Assembly: GCA_028534125.1 (NCBI GenBank)
Contig: CM052832.1
Span: 9,488,001 to 9,552,000, forward strand
Origin: Lama glama
Lineage: Eukaryota
Direction: 5' to 3'
Length of the DNA: 64,000 nt
Part shown: in pieces, positions 1-12,990 of the stretch
Layout of the letters: every line of letters begins with the position of its first letter
Position numbering within the stretch: position 1 is the first letter of the stretch
Notes under the pieces: generated by a model
The model's input: only the letters and a program-made list of their open reading frames with translations
Told to the model about the DNA's origin: nothing
Database searches by the model: none
Made by a program: the position numbers and the translations under genes

Positions 1-117
1 GTGGTAGAATGTGTGCTTAGCATGCACGAGGTCCTGGGTTGAATCCCCAGTGCCTCCATTAATAAATAAATAAACCAATTTCCCTCCCCCCTAAAAATCG
101 ATGAGTAAATAAATAAA
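1..117 (+). mobile_element. tRNA-derived SINE (Vic-1-like), truncated by the window edge
   Basis: B-box gggttgaatccc; body tgcttagcatgcacgaggtcc; (TAAA)n tail. Confidence 0.8.
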
Positions 118-1025
118 ATGAAAGAGTCTCCTAGGTCCCTGCCCTCCATCCGGACCCTCCTGGGGTACCTCCTCCAGGCTTCTCCATTAACTGTCTTGTT
201 AACCTTGAGGAAGGTCAGGACTTTCTGCTTAATTCTCCACCTTCCTCGTTGTTATTCTGAAATAGAGGGAAGGGACACAGTAGCAGAGAGGATAATTATT
301 CACAGAAAATATTTTTCTTGTTCTTTTTCATAGAATGCCTCTGGAGGGCATTTCTACAACAACCCATGGTCAGAGACCAAAAGGGAAAAAAAAGGCATGT
401 GGAAAATAAAACAGGATTTTACTCTCCCTTTCCGAGTCAGTGTGGTTCACTGTTTCCTGACAATAACAGACCAGGGACACATCAGAACGCTGTGTGTCAC
501 GTGCCTTCCACAGGTCAAATCGATGGCTTGGCCATCTAGCATGGAAGTGTCATAAGGCCCTATGAAAACAGACCACGACAGATCTTCATTCTCTGTCCAG
601 AAGGGGTTCCACAGTATCATGACCGCTTGAGAAGCCTCCTCCCTGCTCTGGGCAGACAGAGCCGCTACAGGGTGGGGCAGCCTGCCTGGGTTTGAGTCAG
701 TGTCAAGGTCTGCTGGTCTCGAACGAGAGGGAGAAACTCTCCAGACAGAAATCTCTCCTCCCTGTCTTAGCATATTTTTATGTAAGTGATGAGAGGACCC
801 AGGGTGGGCCAAGGGAACTCCCTGGACCTCAGAATTCCAAGTGTCCGGTGACCAGCCTTGTAGAGACTGTATCCCTCCCCAGAGGCCTCAGTCAGCCACG
901 AGTGATGCAGAAAAGTTGATCCAGAGTCCAGCCCCTCTCTCCTCTCCTGGCTTGTGGGTTCTATTCATCACTACAAATGCCATTTGGGGACTTTCCCTCT
1001 TTTGCTTTTATTGCCTTAACCCCAG

Positions 1026-1229
1026 ACGAGTGAAGAAGAAGAAGAGGTAGAGGAGGAGGAGGAGGACCCGGAAGAAGACAGGAAGTCCACGAGAGAAGAG
1101 GAGACTGAATTGCTGAAGTCCCCGGAGCCTCCACCAGGCCCGGTCCTGGCTGCTGCAGAGGGGCCACCCCTGCAGGTCCTGGGCCAGCCCTCAGGCTCCT
1201 TCATCTGTGAGATGCCTAACTGCGGGGCT
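1026..1229 (+). CDS. TRERF1: TRERF1 internal coding exon (third from last): acidic stretch plus first half of a C2H2 zinc finger
   Basis: Pyrimidine tract and cccag|ACG at 1025/1026; donor GCT|gtaagt at 1229/1230; 204 nt, phase 0; reads [22 protein letters not shown]...[12 protein letters not shown], matching recalled TRERF1. Confidence 0.93.
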
Positions 1230-2764
1230 GTAAGTGTCTCTGCATCCTCCGGGGTCTGGGGCTAGTGAGAACCGCAGGTCCAGCTGTGCCTGGCTTTAAG
1301 AGATGATGCATTTACAGAGGGTGCACTTCTGGCCATGAAGGTTTGGCAGAGGAAGTCCACATTGCCATGGTTTTCTTTCTTCCATCCATTCACTTATTCA
1401 TTTGGCCTGTAGGTATTTCTGGAGTGTGTGATCTGTGTCATGTGCTCGGAGGACACAAGTCCATCCCGCCCTCAGGAAGCATGTGATTGAGGCTCTGCAG
1501 TGAGCCTCAGCCTCCAGAACTTAACTTTATGTTTCTTGGTGCCCCCCACTCCTCTGGGCTGTGTGTCATCCCAGTCCTGCCCTGGAAACGCATTAAATTC
1601 AGTGAGAGAGCCCACTGAGAAACAATCTCGTTTTATGGCATAATTACAAAGATTTAGCTAAAGTTTTATCTTTGTGCTCTTTGGGGGAAACAAAAAGATT
1701 TACTAAGCAAATTAATCATGTAAACAGGCTAAAAGGGTGTCTGTAATTACTTAACGTAGTATTTTCAAGTACGGTAGAAGCATTATTTAGCTAAAATAAA
1801 ACCAAGTCACCATTTGATCGTTCTTAGCACCAAAGGACATATTGGCCTAATCTAGGGCTCCTTGTGTATTTTAAAGGATATACATTTTTTAATTGTTAGT
1901 TTTGGTCCCCCACTGGTCCCCCACTCATCTGAATTATGAGGCTTTTCCCAAAGCAGTTTTCTTAAAGCTGGGCACACCTGTGCAAGCAAGTTCTAGAAGT
2001 GTTACACGAAAAATTAGAATGTTACTCCTTTCACAAGAAGCCCTGTATTCCGGGAGTTAGTGCTTATCTTTGCTTGTACGTCATGTCATATAGGATAGTA
2101 CTGTGTGTTGAATGCTGCTTGTGGTGTCTTGTTATTTAGATTAAGAAAGCAACCGCCTTTAAAATATTTAGATCCTAAAGCAGAAATTCACTTGATTTAC
2201 ATTTAAGAAAAAAATGGAAAAAACGTAAATGATACATGCATTTTGCATTAGCTTTGAGGAGAACATAAGAAATTGCTAGCTTGTTTCTGTCTTTGATGTT
2301 TAATGACCTGGACGCTTCATTCCCTCATTGCCATACAGAAGTTCAGGGATGATTAAGATGTGACTTTAAATGACAGTATTCTTGGCAAATTTGTTTAGAA
2401 ATTGGATACTTCTTCATTTCATAGTTTGGGTGTTCTAGTAAATTCTTTACAGAGTGGGAAAGCATCTTTTACTTTACCCAATCAGAAATACTCAGCAAGA
2501 CGGGTATTTTTTCATGACTTTAAAAAACAAGGGGAAAAGCATATTGATTTTATTCCTTGCCTAACCATAGAGGTTTTGCCTGCTAAATCAGAGAAAAAAA
2601 AATTTTTTTTGTCCTGCAAAACTCTAAACAGAACTCATGAACTTAACACAGAGCAACCATCTATGGCTGGACAGCCCTGTGGGTACTGCCCTGAGCTGAT
2701 GCATTTAACAATCTGGAAGTCAGGGCTCTTGGAATTCAGGGGTGTGGATTACATCCCTTTACAA

Positions 2765-2969
2765 CAGTGGGTCTCAACTGGGAATGATTTTTTTCCCCAC
2801 GAACAGTTGGCAACGACAAGAAACGTGTTTGTCACATCTGGGAGGTGCTGCTGGCATCCGGTACATAGAGGCCAGAGATGCCGCTAAGCATCCTGTGATG
2901 CCCAGGACAGCCCCACAACAAAGCGGCATCCATCCCAAAATGTCAGAATCCTGAGGCTGGGAAAATGGG
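2765..2969. mobile_element. MER20-like hAT MITE
   Basis: cagtgggtctcaactggg...ctggcatc...gaggccagagatgccgctaagcatcct...cacaacaaag, typical of MER20. Confidence 0.75.
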
Positions 2970-3657
2970 CTTGATGGCAAGCTTCAAAAGACTGGGTCAT
3001 TCCCCTTTTTATCAAACTGCAGTAAAATATGGGGGTAGGAATGTTGCTTCAACACTGTGGTACTGACGGGGGCTTGGGCATAAGATATAGACTGTATCAG
3101 AGCAGCCAGTGAGTGTCTTTCAAGCTGTGTCTCTTGGGGTCTAGGGCTTCCTGTGGGGGAGAAAGAGCTGAGTTCAGTTCTGGGTGCTGGATCTTTCAGC
3201 CAGAGCTCCTCTGCTTTTAGCTTGGAGCTTTTGAGTAAGACTTGATTTTTTTTTTTTTAAAGTGAAGAAAGAAAGGAAAGGAAAAGAAAAAAGAGGTGGG
3301 AGGTAGTTTCTGGCTGAAAAAGAGTTTTAAAGCTAGTCCAAACCCCCTCATTTTACAGATGAAAAAAAAAAGGGGTGTATAGAGGGGAAATGGCCCAATG
3401 GTGAGATGGAGGTGCTGGGTGGAGCCCCCAGCCTCAGGTTATAAAAACAAAGGGTTTTTTTTAATTGGCACAGCATCTATGGTTGTGGTAGCGGGTGTCT
3501 GCTTTCTGTGCCATTTGCCAGAGTTTGCTTATGTGAAACCACTGTACCTTGTCATTAGACAATGTTGGAAGTATCACGTGTTCTACCAATGAGTAACTAA
3601 TAACCCTAATTTCCTTTTCAGGACTGTAGATGTCATGTCACTCCCTTTCTTCCCCAG

Positions 3658-3869
3658 GTGTTCAGCTCCCGACAGGCACTGAACGGCCATGCCCGCATCC
3701 ACGGTGGCACCAACCAGGTGACCAAAGCTCGGGGTGCTGTCCCTTCTGGGAAGCAGAAGCCTGGCAGTGCCCAGAGCGGGTACTGCTCGGTGAAAAGCTC
3801 ACCCTCTCACAGCACCACCAGCGGCGAGACAGACCCCACCACCATCTTCCCCTGCAAGGAGTGCGGCAA
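3658..3869 (+). CDS. TRERF1: TRERF1 penultimate coding exon
   Basis: tccccag|GTG acceptor; AA|gtaggt donor; reads [17 protein letters not shown]...[11 protein letters not shown]; completes the finger C-x4-C...H-x3-H begun in the previous exon. A second in-frame acceptor lies at 3621/3622. Confidence 0.93.
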
Positions 3870-4954
3870 GTAGGTAGAACTGGACCAGGGGCTGAATCGA
3901 AGTGTGTGATGAATGATGGCTCTGTAGGGGCTGAGCCAAGAAGGTCTAAGGTTCTCCAGATAGAAAAAGAACCTAGACTCTCCAGATTTTTCCTCATACC
4001 ATTCTTGGGGTCTACGTGGTGCCTCATGGTGGGTAGACCTTGTCTCTGACTAAGAATGTGGTCATTCTGATGTCTTAAAGTTTAATAAGGATGAACATCA
4101 TCAGAGAGCAAATCTCTAGTAACAAAACTTTACTCTTTTCTAGAAATGGTGGATGGGACTCTGATTCCCACTTCTTCCCTTCACACCCAGACCATATGCA
4201 TTCATGTTGCTCTCTGTGCATCCCTGCTGAGTGACTTGAGAATGACTCTAAAACACTTAATCAGAAACTTCTGAAGCAGAGATGGCTTTCGTACCAGTAC
4301 TGCTCATTCCTACACCAAGGGCAGACATCACTAATCAATTGCCAGGACTTGATACCATCTTCATGTCACCAAGGAATAAGCGAGTCCCCAGACTGATCAT
4401 CAGGCTTATTTACTTGAAATAATGAAACCTCCTCAGGCTGACTCCCACCGACTTGCTCTAGGGGGGACGATTGAGGGCACAGGGTCTTACCAGCTCCTTC
4501 TGAGAGGAAATGGCACCTTCTACTCAGTCCCCTCACATAGGCTACAACTCCTTATTCCACCAGGTGGAGACAAAGGACATTTTAACAACCAAAAATAAGT
4601 ATTTCAAGCTCTCTGGTTGTCTTTCAGTGACATCCATTAAATGTTTTTCTTGTCTTATTTTTATGTTGTCTGGGACCTTTTTCTACCATAACACCAGTTA
4701 AGATTTTATGGAAAATAGAAGTATTTTCTATGGTTTTCCAGATTAGGAATAACATTAGGCAAGTGTTTACAGAATGCTTCTTTTAGCTGCTGGAATTATA
4801 TTCATTACAATAAACAGCTTTAAATATGTCCAATGGCAACTCATCAACTCTGTTCTAAGATGTGGGTCTTAGAAGTCAGTTTTTTTTCCCTTTATGAGCT
4901 CAAGAATGAATATTTATGCCACCCTCCCTCTCCAAAATCAGGCAGCCTCACATC

Positions 4955-5152
4955 TGGACAGACTTTCTCTGAAGAAGGTCCAGATTGAAATATTTTAGGC
5001 TTTGCAGGTCATTCTGTCTCTGTCATAACTACTCAGCTCTGTAGCAGCCATAGACGATACGGGAACACACAGACATGACTGTGTTCCAGGAACACTTTAG
5101 TTACAACAACAGGCTGGATTTGGCCCACTGACTGTAGTTGGCAGACCCCTTG
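4955..5152. mobile_element. MER58A-like hAT MITE
   Basis: aaatattttaggctttgcagg...ctactcagctctg...ggatttggccc...gacccct. Confidence 0.72.
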
Positions 5153-5155
5153 TCC

Positions 5156-5377
5156 CAGGGCTTCTCATCCTCAGCACTTACATTCTAGGTCTGATGATTC
5201 CTTGTCTGGGGAAGAGGGCCTGCCCTCTGTACTGCAGGAGGCTTAGCAACGTCCCTGGCATCTACCCACCTGATGCCAGAAGTGCCACCACCACCACCCT
5301 GGTGTGGCTGTCAAAAATATCTCCCGTCGTTGCCAGATATTCCCTGGGAGGCAGGATCACCCTGGCTGAGAACCACT
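5156..5377. mobile_element. MER20-like MITE, inverted relative to the copy at 2765
   Basis: cagggcttctca...ccctggcatctacccacctgatgccag...gctgagaaccact. Confidence 0.72.
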
Positions 5378-6057
5378 ATTTCATTCAAAAGCAAACAGCA
5401 GGAAATTATATATCATGGCCAACAAGAAGGGATCTGGGGTGAAGAGTGAAGAGTGCAGCTCAGAAGTCAGGTACATAAAGACAAAACAGGAGGGTGGATT
5501 TGGCCACCTCATTACTAGTGATCTTGAGCACTTGTGCTGAAGTGGAGGGATTGACAGTCCAATCGGACAGGGTGGAGGAAAGAGGAGCTTTACCGAGTGT
5601 GTGCAGGCAGATCTAGAATTTGGACTGAAAGAACAGGGACAGGCGGCCAGAAGCAGATGATGGGTTGTTTTATGATGGGAACCAACAGAGCTTGGTAGCA
5701 CATTTCAGGGATTCTCAGTTTGGTCGACAGAGCTTGGTTAGTGATGGAGAGAGAAAGGGGAAGATACGGAGGAGAAAAGGCATGTGCCCGGACCACAGAT
5801 GGACAGGAGTGCTTTGAGAAAAGCCCGATACATCATAAATGTGTCCCTGTTGCCACCTCCTTTCCTTGTAATGCTTGGAGAAGGGAGAGAAGAGGGGCGC
5901 AGGTCAGTGGGGAGGTGGTCCTAGGGGCTAAGGAGCTGGGGGCAGAGCCACCCAAAACTGGACAACAGACTACACACCCACTATTCCCGATAGGACGCCC
6001 GCATATCCAAGAACTCACATCTTATAAGTATACATGCTTCTTTCTCTTCATTTTTAG

Positions 6058-6382
6058 AGTCTTCTTCAAGATCAAAAGCCGAAATGCGCACATGAAAACG
6101 CACAGGCAGCAGGAGGAACAGCAGAGACAGAAGGCTCAGAAGGCGGCTTTTGCGGCTGAAATGGCAGCCACGATCGAGAGAACTACGGGGCCGGTGGGGC
6201 CGCCGGGGCTGCTGCCCCTGGACCAGCTGAGTCTGATCAAACCCATCAAGGACGTGGACATCCTCGATGATGAGGTCGTGCAGCAGCTAGGAGGCGTCAT
6301 GGAAGAGGCCGAGGTGGTGGACACCGGTCTCCTCTTGGATGATCAAGATTCAGTTTTGCTTCAGGGTGACACGGAACTCTAA
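6058..6382 (+). CDS. TRERF1: TRERF1 last coding exon (end of final C2H2 finger and C-terminus)
   Basis: tttttag|A acceptor completes the split AAA codon; reads [22 protein letters not shown]...LLQGDTEL, stop TAA at 6380-6382. Confidence 0.94.
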
Positions 6383-9300
6383 AGCCCTGCGTGTCGCTGG
6401 GAAGCAGTGAGAACCCACGCCTCCGTCTTCATTCATCAGGAAACCTGGACTGCCTGCTCGTTTTGTAACCATTTTAAACTACCTGTTTTAAACAGTCATT
6501 TTTTTCAGGTTTAGAAAAAAAATTCATTTCTTTTCCTTTTATTTAAAAAAAATTGTTTTTGTGGGTGGTTGGGGGGAATAAATAATTGACACAATTCTAT
6601 TTTAAGAGGTGTTTCATCCAGGCTACGTTCCCATGAACTCGTTCCTGTCCAGGAAGGAACCTGACATTCATGTTTTTTTGCTTTCACATGTGAACCATCC
6701 TGGTTGCCTTTTATCCCAAAGCTTGCAGTGAGAGAGAGAGTGTGTGTGTGTGTGTGCGCGTGTGTGTGTAAAAAGCAGGCTACCTTCTTCGTGCTGGTGT
6801 CTTGAGCCATCCTTCCCCGACAAGAGTCATTTTCGTTCTGACCTCATTCCGCAGTTTGCAGTGAACTTGATGTCTTTGCCAGGAGACCACACTAGGAAGC
6901 AGCTTCCCAGTGAGCAAAGCCAGCCCTCGTATTCCATGGCTTTCTTCTAGCACACATGCCATTTGAAGAGTTGACCCAATGTGAAAATAATTTTCCTTCC
7001 TGCATTGCCTGTCACTTGGCCTGTTTCTAAAAACTGAGTACTGTAGCATTTCATGCTTTGACTCCCTGGCAGTGATTTACTAAGAACCTGGTTCATAGAC
7101 CAGATTCGTCCTCCTCCACCTGCCCTGGGGACTGGTTGACTCTTAATTCGTGGGTTGACAGAGGCGTGTTTCGACCTGAGCTAGCTGGAAATCCGTCTGG
7201 AGGAAAATAACCCCAACTATTAAGTTGCCAGGGCTCTTTTCAGGGAGGATGGTCGAGGGGCACCAATTGGAAGTACCTGGAATGCCAAGATGTCCTCTTT
7301 AGCCCGAAAACTAGATCAGAAGTTCCGATTCTTTTTTACCACACTGTTAATAGTCAGTGGAGTTCCGAAATTACTTTGTGCCACTTGGACGTACTGTGAA
7401 ACCTCATTCACTGGGATTTTGCCATCATTCACTTAAGCCAGACCGAAGTTTACCTTGATACTAACTCTTGAGGAAAAGAGTTTTCTAACAAATCTGATGG
7501 CAAGTACAAGGGAAATCAGCATTAAAGGCCAACAGAAATGGTTTCAGATACCACTGTAGCTACCATGTTTGCATTCAACAATGAATGTATTCATTACAGT
7601 CATTTACCAAAGCACTTCTAGAATTCTCCAAGCTGTAGAACTCTGCCTCCTCCTGTCCCTGCCAGCAGGGTTGCTGTTTGTACTTGAAGGTAATAAATCT
7701 ATAATCCTTCCAAAATGGCATTTAGCTCAGGCTTTTGAGCTGAATCAGACTGCTCCATAGCCACTGTTAGGGCAAAGGGTGTGCACCTTCAGGCCAGGAC
7801 GCAGCCCCAACACAGAGCTGCCGCTTCTGGCTGATGACTTCCAGAGCTGGGGGCTTTCGGGCTTTCCCCCACCCCCGGGAGGCTGATGCCCCAGCTCGTG
7901 TAGGCGTGGCAATCCTGCCTGCACTTCGCTGGCACATGAATAGCTTGATGTTAGAGAGGATGTTAGCAGAAGCAGGAGGATAGGACCCAAGCATCCTTTC
8001 AGGTGTCTCTGCAAAAGCGTTTAGTGCACACTCACGCCCCACGGTGGCCCTACACAGGCAGCGTCCTCTGAATCTCAGGAAAGCCATGGACAAGAAGATA
8101 AATACAAAGGTTGTTTTCATTTCCATCATTCTGTTTTCAGAAAAGAAGTCTTGAAGATTTCCTTTATCTTGGTTTTTTTTTTTTAAGGAAAAAAAAAGAG
8201 TGTTTCATTTGCTGCCATTTCAGACAAGTTATTCTAGCCTGTGTTTTGAGTTCTGAACTGCCTTGGCAGGGCATCTGCTTTATGGCAGAACTATTCCAGA
8301 ACCATTCCAACTGTAATATCGGCTGATCCCATCTGTCCCAGTGACTATTTCCCTCCGCTGGTGGGTGTCTGAGTGATTCTGGAATGGTTCTGCTATTGGG
8401 TCTATGAAAGCTTATCCATCAAAGGAGCAAACACCCAGAAAAATGTTTATAAAGCAAACATATTCGTTCCATCTGAAGACTTGTCCAGCTGATCCAGTTT
8501 AAAACATTAAAAATAAACTGAGTTGCCAAGGCAAAAATATAAATGCACAATTTAATTTTGATTCTCCATGCAGTATCACGTAAGCATTTTTGACTTGAGA
8601 TAACCAAAGAACTCCTCCTCGATGAGACAGTTCACTTTTCTGAATTAGTATTTCTTCACAATATTCAACTTAAAAGAATTGACTTCATAGTAAAATATTG
8701 CACTTATTTTTTTTCTGAAATGAGTCTGCCTGCATGTATGTGTTGTGTTGTAACCCCCCTCTGTTCCTCCCACCCCGAAGAACTTTCCTGCCCAATGGTT
8801 TATGTCTTCAACACGGTTATTGTTTACTATCAGATAGTTTTTCGTTAGTGAGTTTAGACCTCTTTGAGAAAGTTGTATATAAAAAGTTAACATATATTTT
8901 ATGGAAAAACCCATCTTATTTTCAAATATATTTAACTGCTGTTCTATTTTATTAGAGGAAGGTTGTAAATATTTTCTAGGAGTTCTATTGTAAAGAAAAG
9001 TATTTTTGAAAAAAATTAATGTAATAAAAACGAAAACATTTTTAAATAGTGGTTGTGATTGCTTCCTGTCCTGGCTTCGTTGTGTTCTATTCGCAGGAAA
9101 TAACTTGCATGCCTTCCCGTTTTAGGATGTAATTTATTCCAGTTTGCACTATTTTAAGTTGACGTCATAATATCTACTGTGTTTCACTGTGTTTTCCCCG
9201 GAATGCAGGTCCATTGGTCCATATCAAAAGCACTATGTATAGCATATTCATAATTTTTTATTTTGTAACGTGTGTATTTTTAATAAGGATTTTATGTAAC

Positions 9301-9500
9301 ATTTTGGCAAAAAGAGGACAGTATTTTCTAGTGAATTTTATAACACATTTTGCTAAAAATGTTTCTTCCTAGGTCAGTTTTTGTTAAGGGAAACCAAAAG
9401 TCTTATTTTACCAGGGGTTTAAAAAAAGTTTGAAGCTTGAAAGCAAAGTTATATTTAAACATCATATGTAACAAATAAATAAAGATGTTTTATAGACTTG
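6383..9500 (+). other. TRERF1: TRERF1 3'UTR (~3.1 kb; end approximate) with polyA signals at 6577, 9023 and 9474/9478
   Basis: Repeat-poor, AU-rich region after the stop; AATAAA at 6577-6582, 9023-9028 and overlapping copies at 9474-9483. Confidence 0.65.
6730..6769. repeat. (GA)n(GT)n microsatellite in the TRERF1 3'UTR
   Basis: Directly visible. Confidence 0.92.
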
Positions 9501-10436
9501 TCCTAAAAAGGTGCATTCCTTAAAAACAAAAACAACTGGGGCATTCTAGGTTGGTTTTCCCCCTGAGTGATAAGCATTTTTTTTTAATGACAGTACTTTT
9601 TTTTTCAAGAAAGAAAGAATTTTACTTAAAAAGGTTCCAGTCAGCCATTAGCCTTCTCAGAAAGTTATTACACTTCTTATAGATATTCATCAGAGATGTA
9701 ACCAAATAGACACTGTCATATTTATTTGTGAAAACCTGACTCAGTATTGCATCAGCTGCTCTGAAAATAAAATGTTATCTTTCTGAGTTTAATTTGACTT
9801 AAACATTCCTTCTTTCTAGCCACTGAAATGATGTCTCATTGCTCATTTGCCATTAGTTGGTTTCTGTAAACCGGGTTTAGACATGTGCTGATCAGATTTA
9901 ATGCTCATCAAAGGGTCCCCACCCAACCCCACCCCGGAGGCCTGGATGAACATTCCTGCTTCTCAAGCAGCGGAGCCACTTGAAGGGTTGATGGTTTCTA
10001 AACCGTGGGACTCACATTGCAATTTAGGGGAGCTCAGTATTACACACAGGCATTTGACAGTGAACTCCCCAACAAAATCCAGTCCATCCGGCTTTACATT
10101 GCTAATCTGGATTTCCGAAGTCCAAAAAGTGTGTTTACTGTTTCAATGGTCAACCACAGACTTTAGGAGAAATCTGAGATTCTGGATTTCAGATAGAATT
10201 TGGCCAAGTGGGCAAACCCATTCAGGACCTTGATCTAACTTCTTTGGGGTTTTTTTTACTCTTAATTTTTGCAGTCAATGTTAGTCCTATACCAAATAAA
10301 ATAGCTATTCCTTCTACAATCAGTGTGCATTTAGCCAATGCTGTAAATGTAAATTCTGCCTCTGGGACTCAGGTGTCCAATCTGAAGACTTTTTCTTAAC
10401 TGTTAGATTCTTTCAGTCAGTACTCAGGTAACAGGC

Positions 10437-10855
10437 TGTATGGTCAGGCCACTCAAGATGTCCCTTCTCTTGTACTCTGTACATCCTTTTCCCACCAGTG
10501 CCTGCTTCACCTAAACCTATTCACATGACTGACCTTCCTACCTGCTTGCCCCAGGCCCCAGCTGGTGATCATTTTTATCAAAGGGGTGAGGGGTGTGCCC
10601 CTCTGCTGGTTTCCTTGGTAACAAATGAGCCGACCTGACGTCAATTCTCCCTATAAGTAGCAGTCTCCACCCCAACCCCCACCCACAGGAGCAAAGACAG
10701 CCGCCAGGTCATACCCATTGCTCACCATCAGGAGCCGCTCCAGGACCTTGCTTCAGACAGTAAGCTTCCCCCAGCCTTTAAGCTATTGATGTCTCTGTCA
10801 CTGACTCTGGGCTCTTTCTTTCTTGGGTGCAGCCCAGCACGGGCACTTCTCCACA
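10437..10855 (+). mobile_element. Probable solo LTR
   Basis: Begins tgtatgg; LTR-like composition with ctataag and a U5-like end; boundaries approximate. Confidence 0.45.
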
Positions 10856-12355
10856 CTGTATTATACATGGGGGAGTTCCGTGTATAAAGATGGCTATGAC
10901 ATCATTCCTTCCTGCCAAGGAATTAATACTTAGAGAAAACATACAGGGCCCTGGGAACTGATCTGGTTCCACCACTGGGAGGAGCAGAAGTCATGCTTTA
11001 TTAATATTCTGAACCACCTCACCATCACCCACATATTCACAGCAATTTATAATAGGTGCTCAGCAACTTTTTGTTAAATTAATTATCTCTCTAATCTTCC
11101 AGGTATGCTTTTCTGTGTGTGTGTAAATAAAACCTCTTTTGAGTTTAGCTAAAGTCAATTATGAATTCCATGGACTCCCAAGTCTACCTTTCTCAGCTGT
11201 GGGATGAGGCTGACTTTCAATGTTGACATAAGCAAAACATAGGAAGGCATGTCAAGAAATTGAATAATACATTCCTAAGTGAACCACAGTGATCTTTGGA
11301 TCTCAGATAACCCTGTATCAAAGAGCCAAAGGGATAATTATTTCTTTATATGAGGGATAATCTTTTGAAAAGGGCTCTCCCTGCCAGCCCCTCCAAGGGA
11401 AGTGTTAGATGTTCCTGCATGAGTCTTAAAGGCCAAGCAGCCACACATGCGTGCTTTGCTTTCCAACACATGTATCCTTGTATATAACACAGATCTCGCT
11501 TGGGGCCATCTGAGGTCTTTACTTCCTCTGCTTATATAATTTTATTTTGGCAGCCTTCCCATTTCTTTCCTTTTTCCAAACATTTGATTAAGATATAATT
11601 GACACATAAAAAGCTATACATATTTATTGTATACAACTTGATGAGTTTGGAGATAAGTGTATAACCAAGAAAACATCACAATCAAGAGATAAGGGCCTTT
11701 TCCCTGAACAGTGGTGCAATCAAAATATGATTTAGCTTAGAAATATCTGATGCACACACTTGCATTTTTTTCTGGGTATAAAGCAAGGTGGACTTGCATC
11801 AGCTGTCTAGAATCTGTCGATCTCCTGCTCATTTACACTAGGTCAGAGGTTTGAAAGTTAAGGTCATTGGGAGGAGACCCCTAATGGACGGGCCAAGCTT
11901 CAGAACCGCCCTTGCCCACACAGCATAGCAAAGGGCCCTGTCCATAGCCCCAATGTTGGCAAAACCCATGCTTGCTCCCCCCCACAATGACACTCACCTT
12001 GCCCCCAGCTAATTAGACCAGGGCTGACACCTGAGTCCAAGCTATTGAGCCCATAGTCCATTTGGTGACATGTGACATGATTTAGCCCTGAAAAACAAGG
12101 GGACCAAATCCAATTTCCACATTTGAGAGTATGAATGGAGAAACCTGGTGAGCCAAAGACTGAGCAGTGGACACGTGCAAGGCAGAATTCTGAAGGAGCA
12201 GAAAATATCTGCAAGCAGAGAAAGCCCATCAATAAAGAGATCACGTTTGGCCTTAGGAATGGAAAGGGCATCCAGTCCCTAACACTGCTTTGAGCCCACT
12301 TTCCCATTTGCAAGAGCCGTTCAGGCCACACGTGTCTTTAAAAACAAACTCCTTT

Positions 12356-12990
12356 TCTTGCAGGAGAGTGCGGAGGTGGGGAATCTCGATTCTTCGCATC
12401 CAAAAAGACTTAAGTAGAACTAGATATTCCAGAGTCCGCAACAGCCCCCTGCAGGGGTGGAAGAGGCACTGAACTAGGATATTGGAGATGGTTATTGGTT
12501 CAGCTATTGAGGCGGGAAGCCCCATAAAAAGAGTGGCAGGACCCCTAGGCAGGTCCGCTGCTCTCCTCAGCACCTTCCGGTTCCCTGGTCGAGAGGCTCT
12601 ATCTCACTTTTTGCCTCTAAAGCGGCTAACTTACACCTAGAATTCTATTGGTTCCCTGAGCTCACTTTCCTTCACTCCTGATTGGTTATTACTCTCACTT
12701 CTGATTGGTCCACTTCCCTAACTTCCGATTGGTCCATTTGTAGTACTTTATTTGCATGGAGCTCACTCCAGATTTGTCTGTTTCTACAAAGCTTGTTCCT
12801 GGTTGGTCAACTTATGTTGTACTTTATTTGCATATGATGTTGCAAAGTGTAAAACTGGCAGCCTATAAAAGGCCTGTGTAAACCTACAGATGGGGTCCAG
12901 AGTTTGAAGTGTTGTCTCCTCTGGGCCAGGTGGCATAGTAAACTTGAGTTCTCCGACTCTCCCAGTGCTGAAACACATTTTTCTGCAACA
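12356..12990 (+). mobile_element. Solo LTR with CCAAT array, two octamer motifs and a TATA box
   Basis: Inverted ends tcttgcag...ctgcaaca; near-TSD cttt/ctat; ATTGG at 12647, 12681, 12704, 12728; ATTTGCAT at 12750 and 12826; TATAAAA at 12864. Confidence 0.7.

Noticed and set aside
5720..6057. N-terminal part of the 220-aa ORF 5720-6382
   Set aside because: Intron sequence that happens to be open; the real exon starts at the acceptor at 6058.
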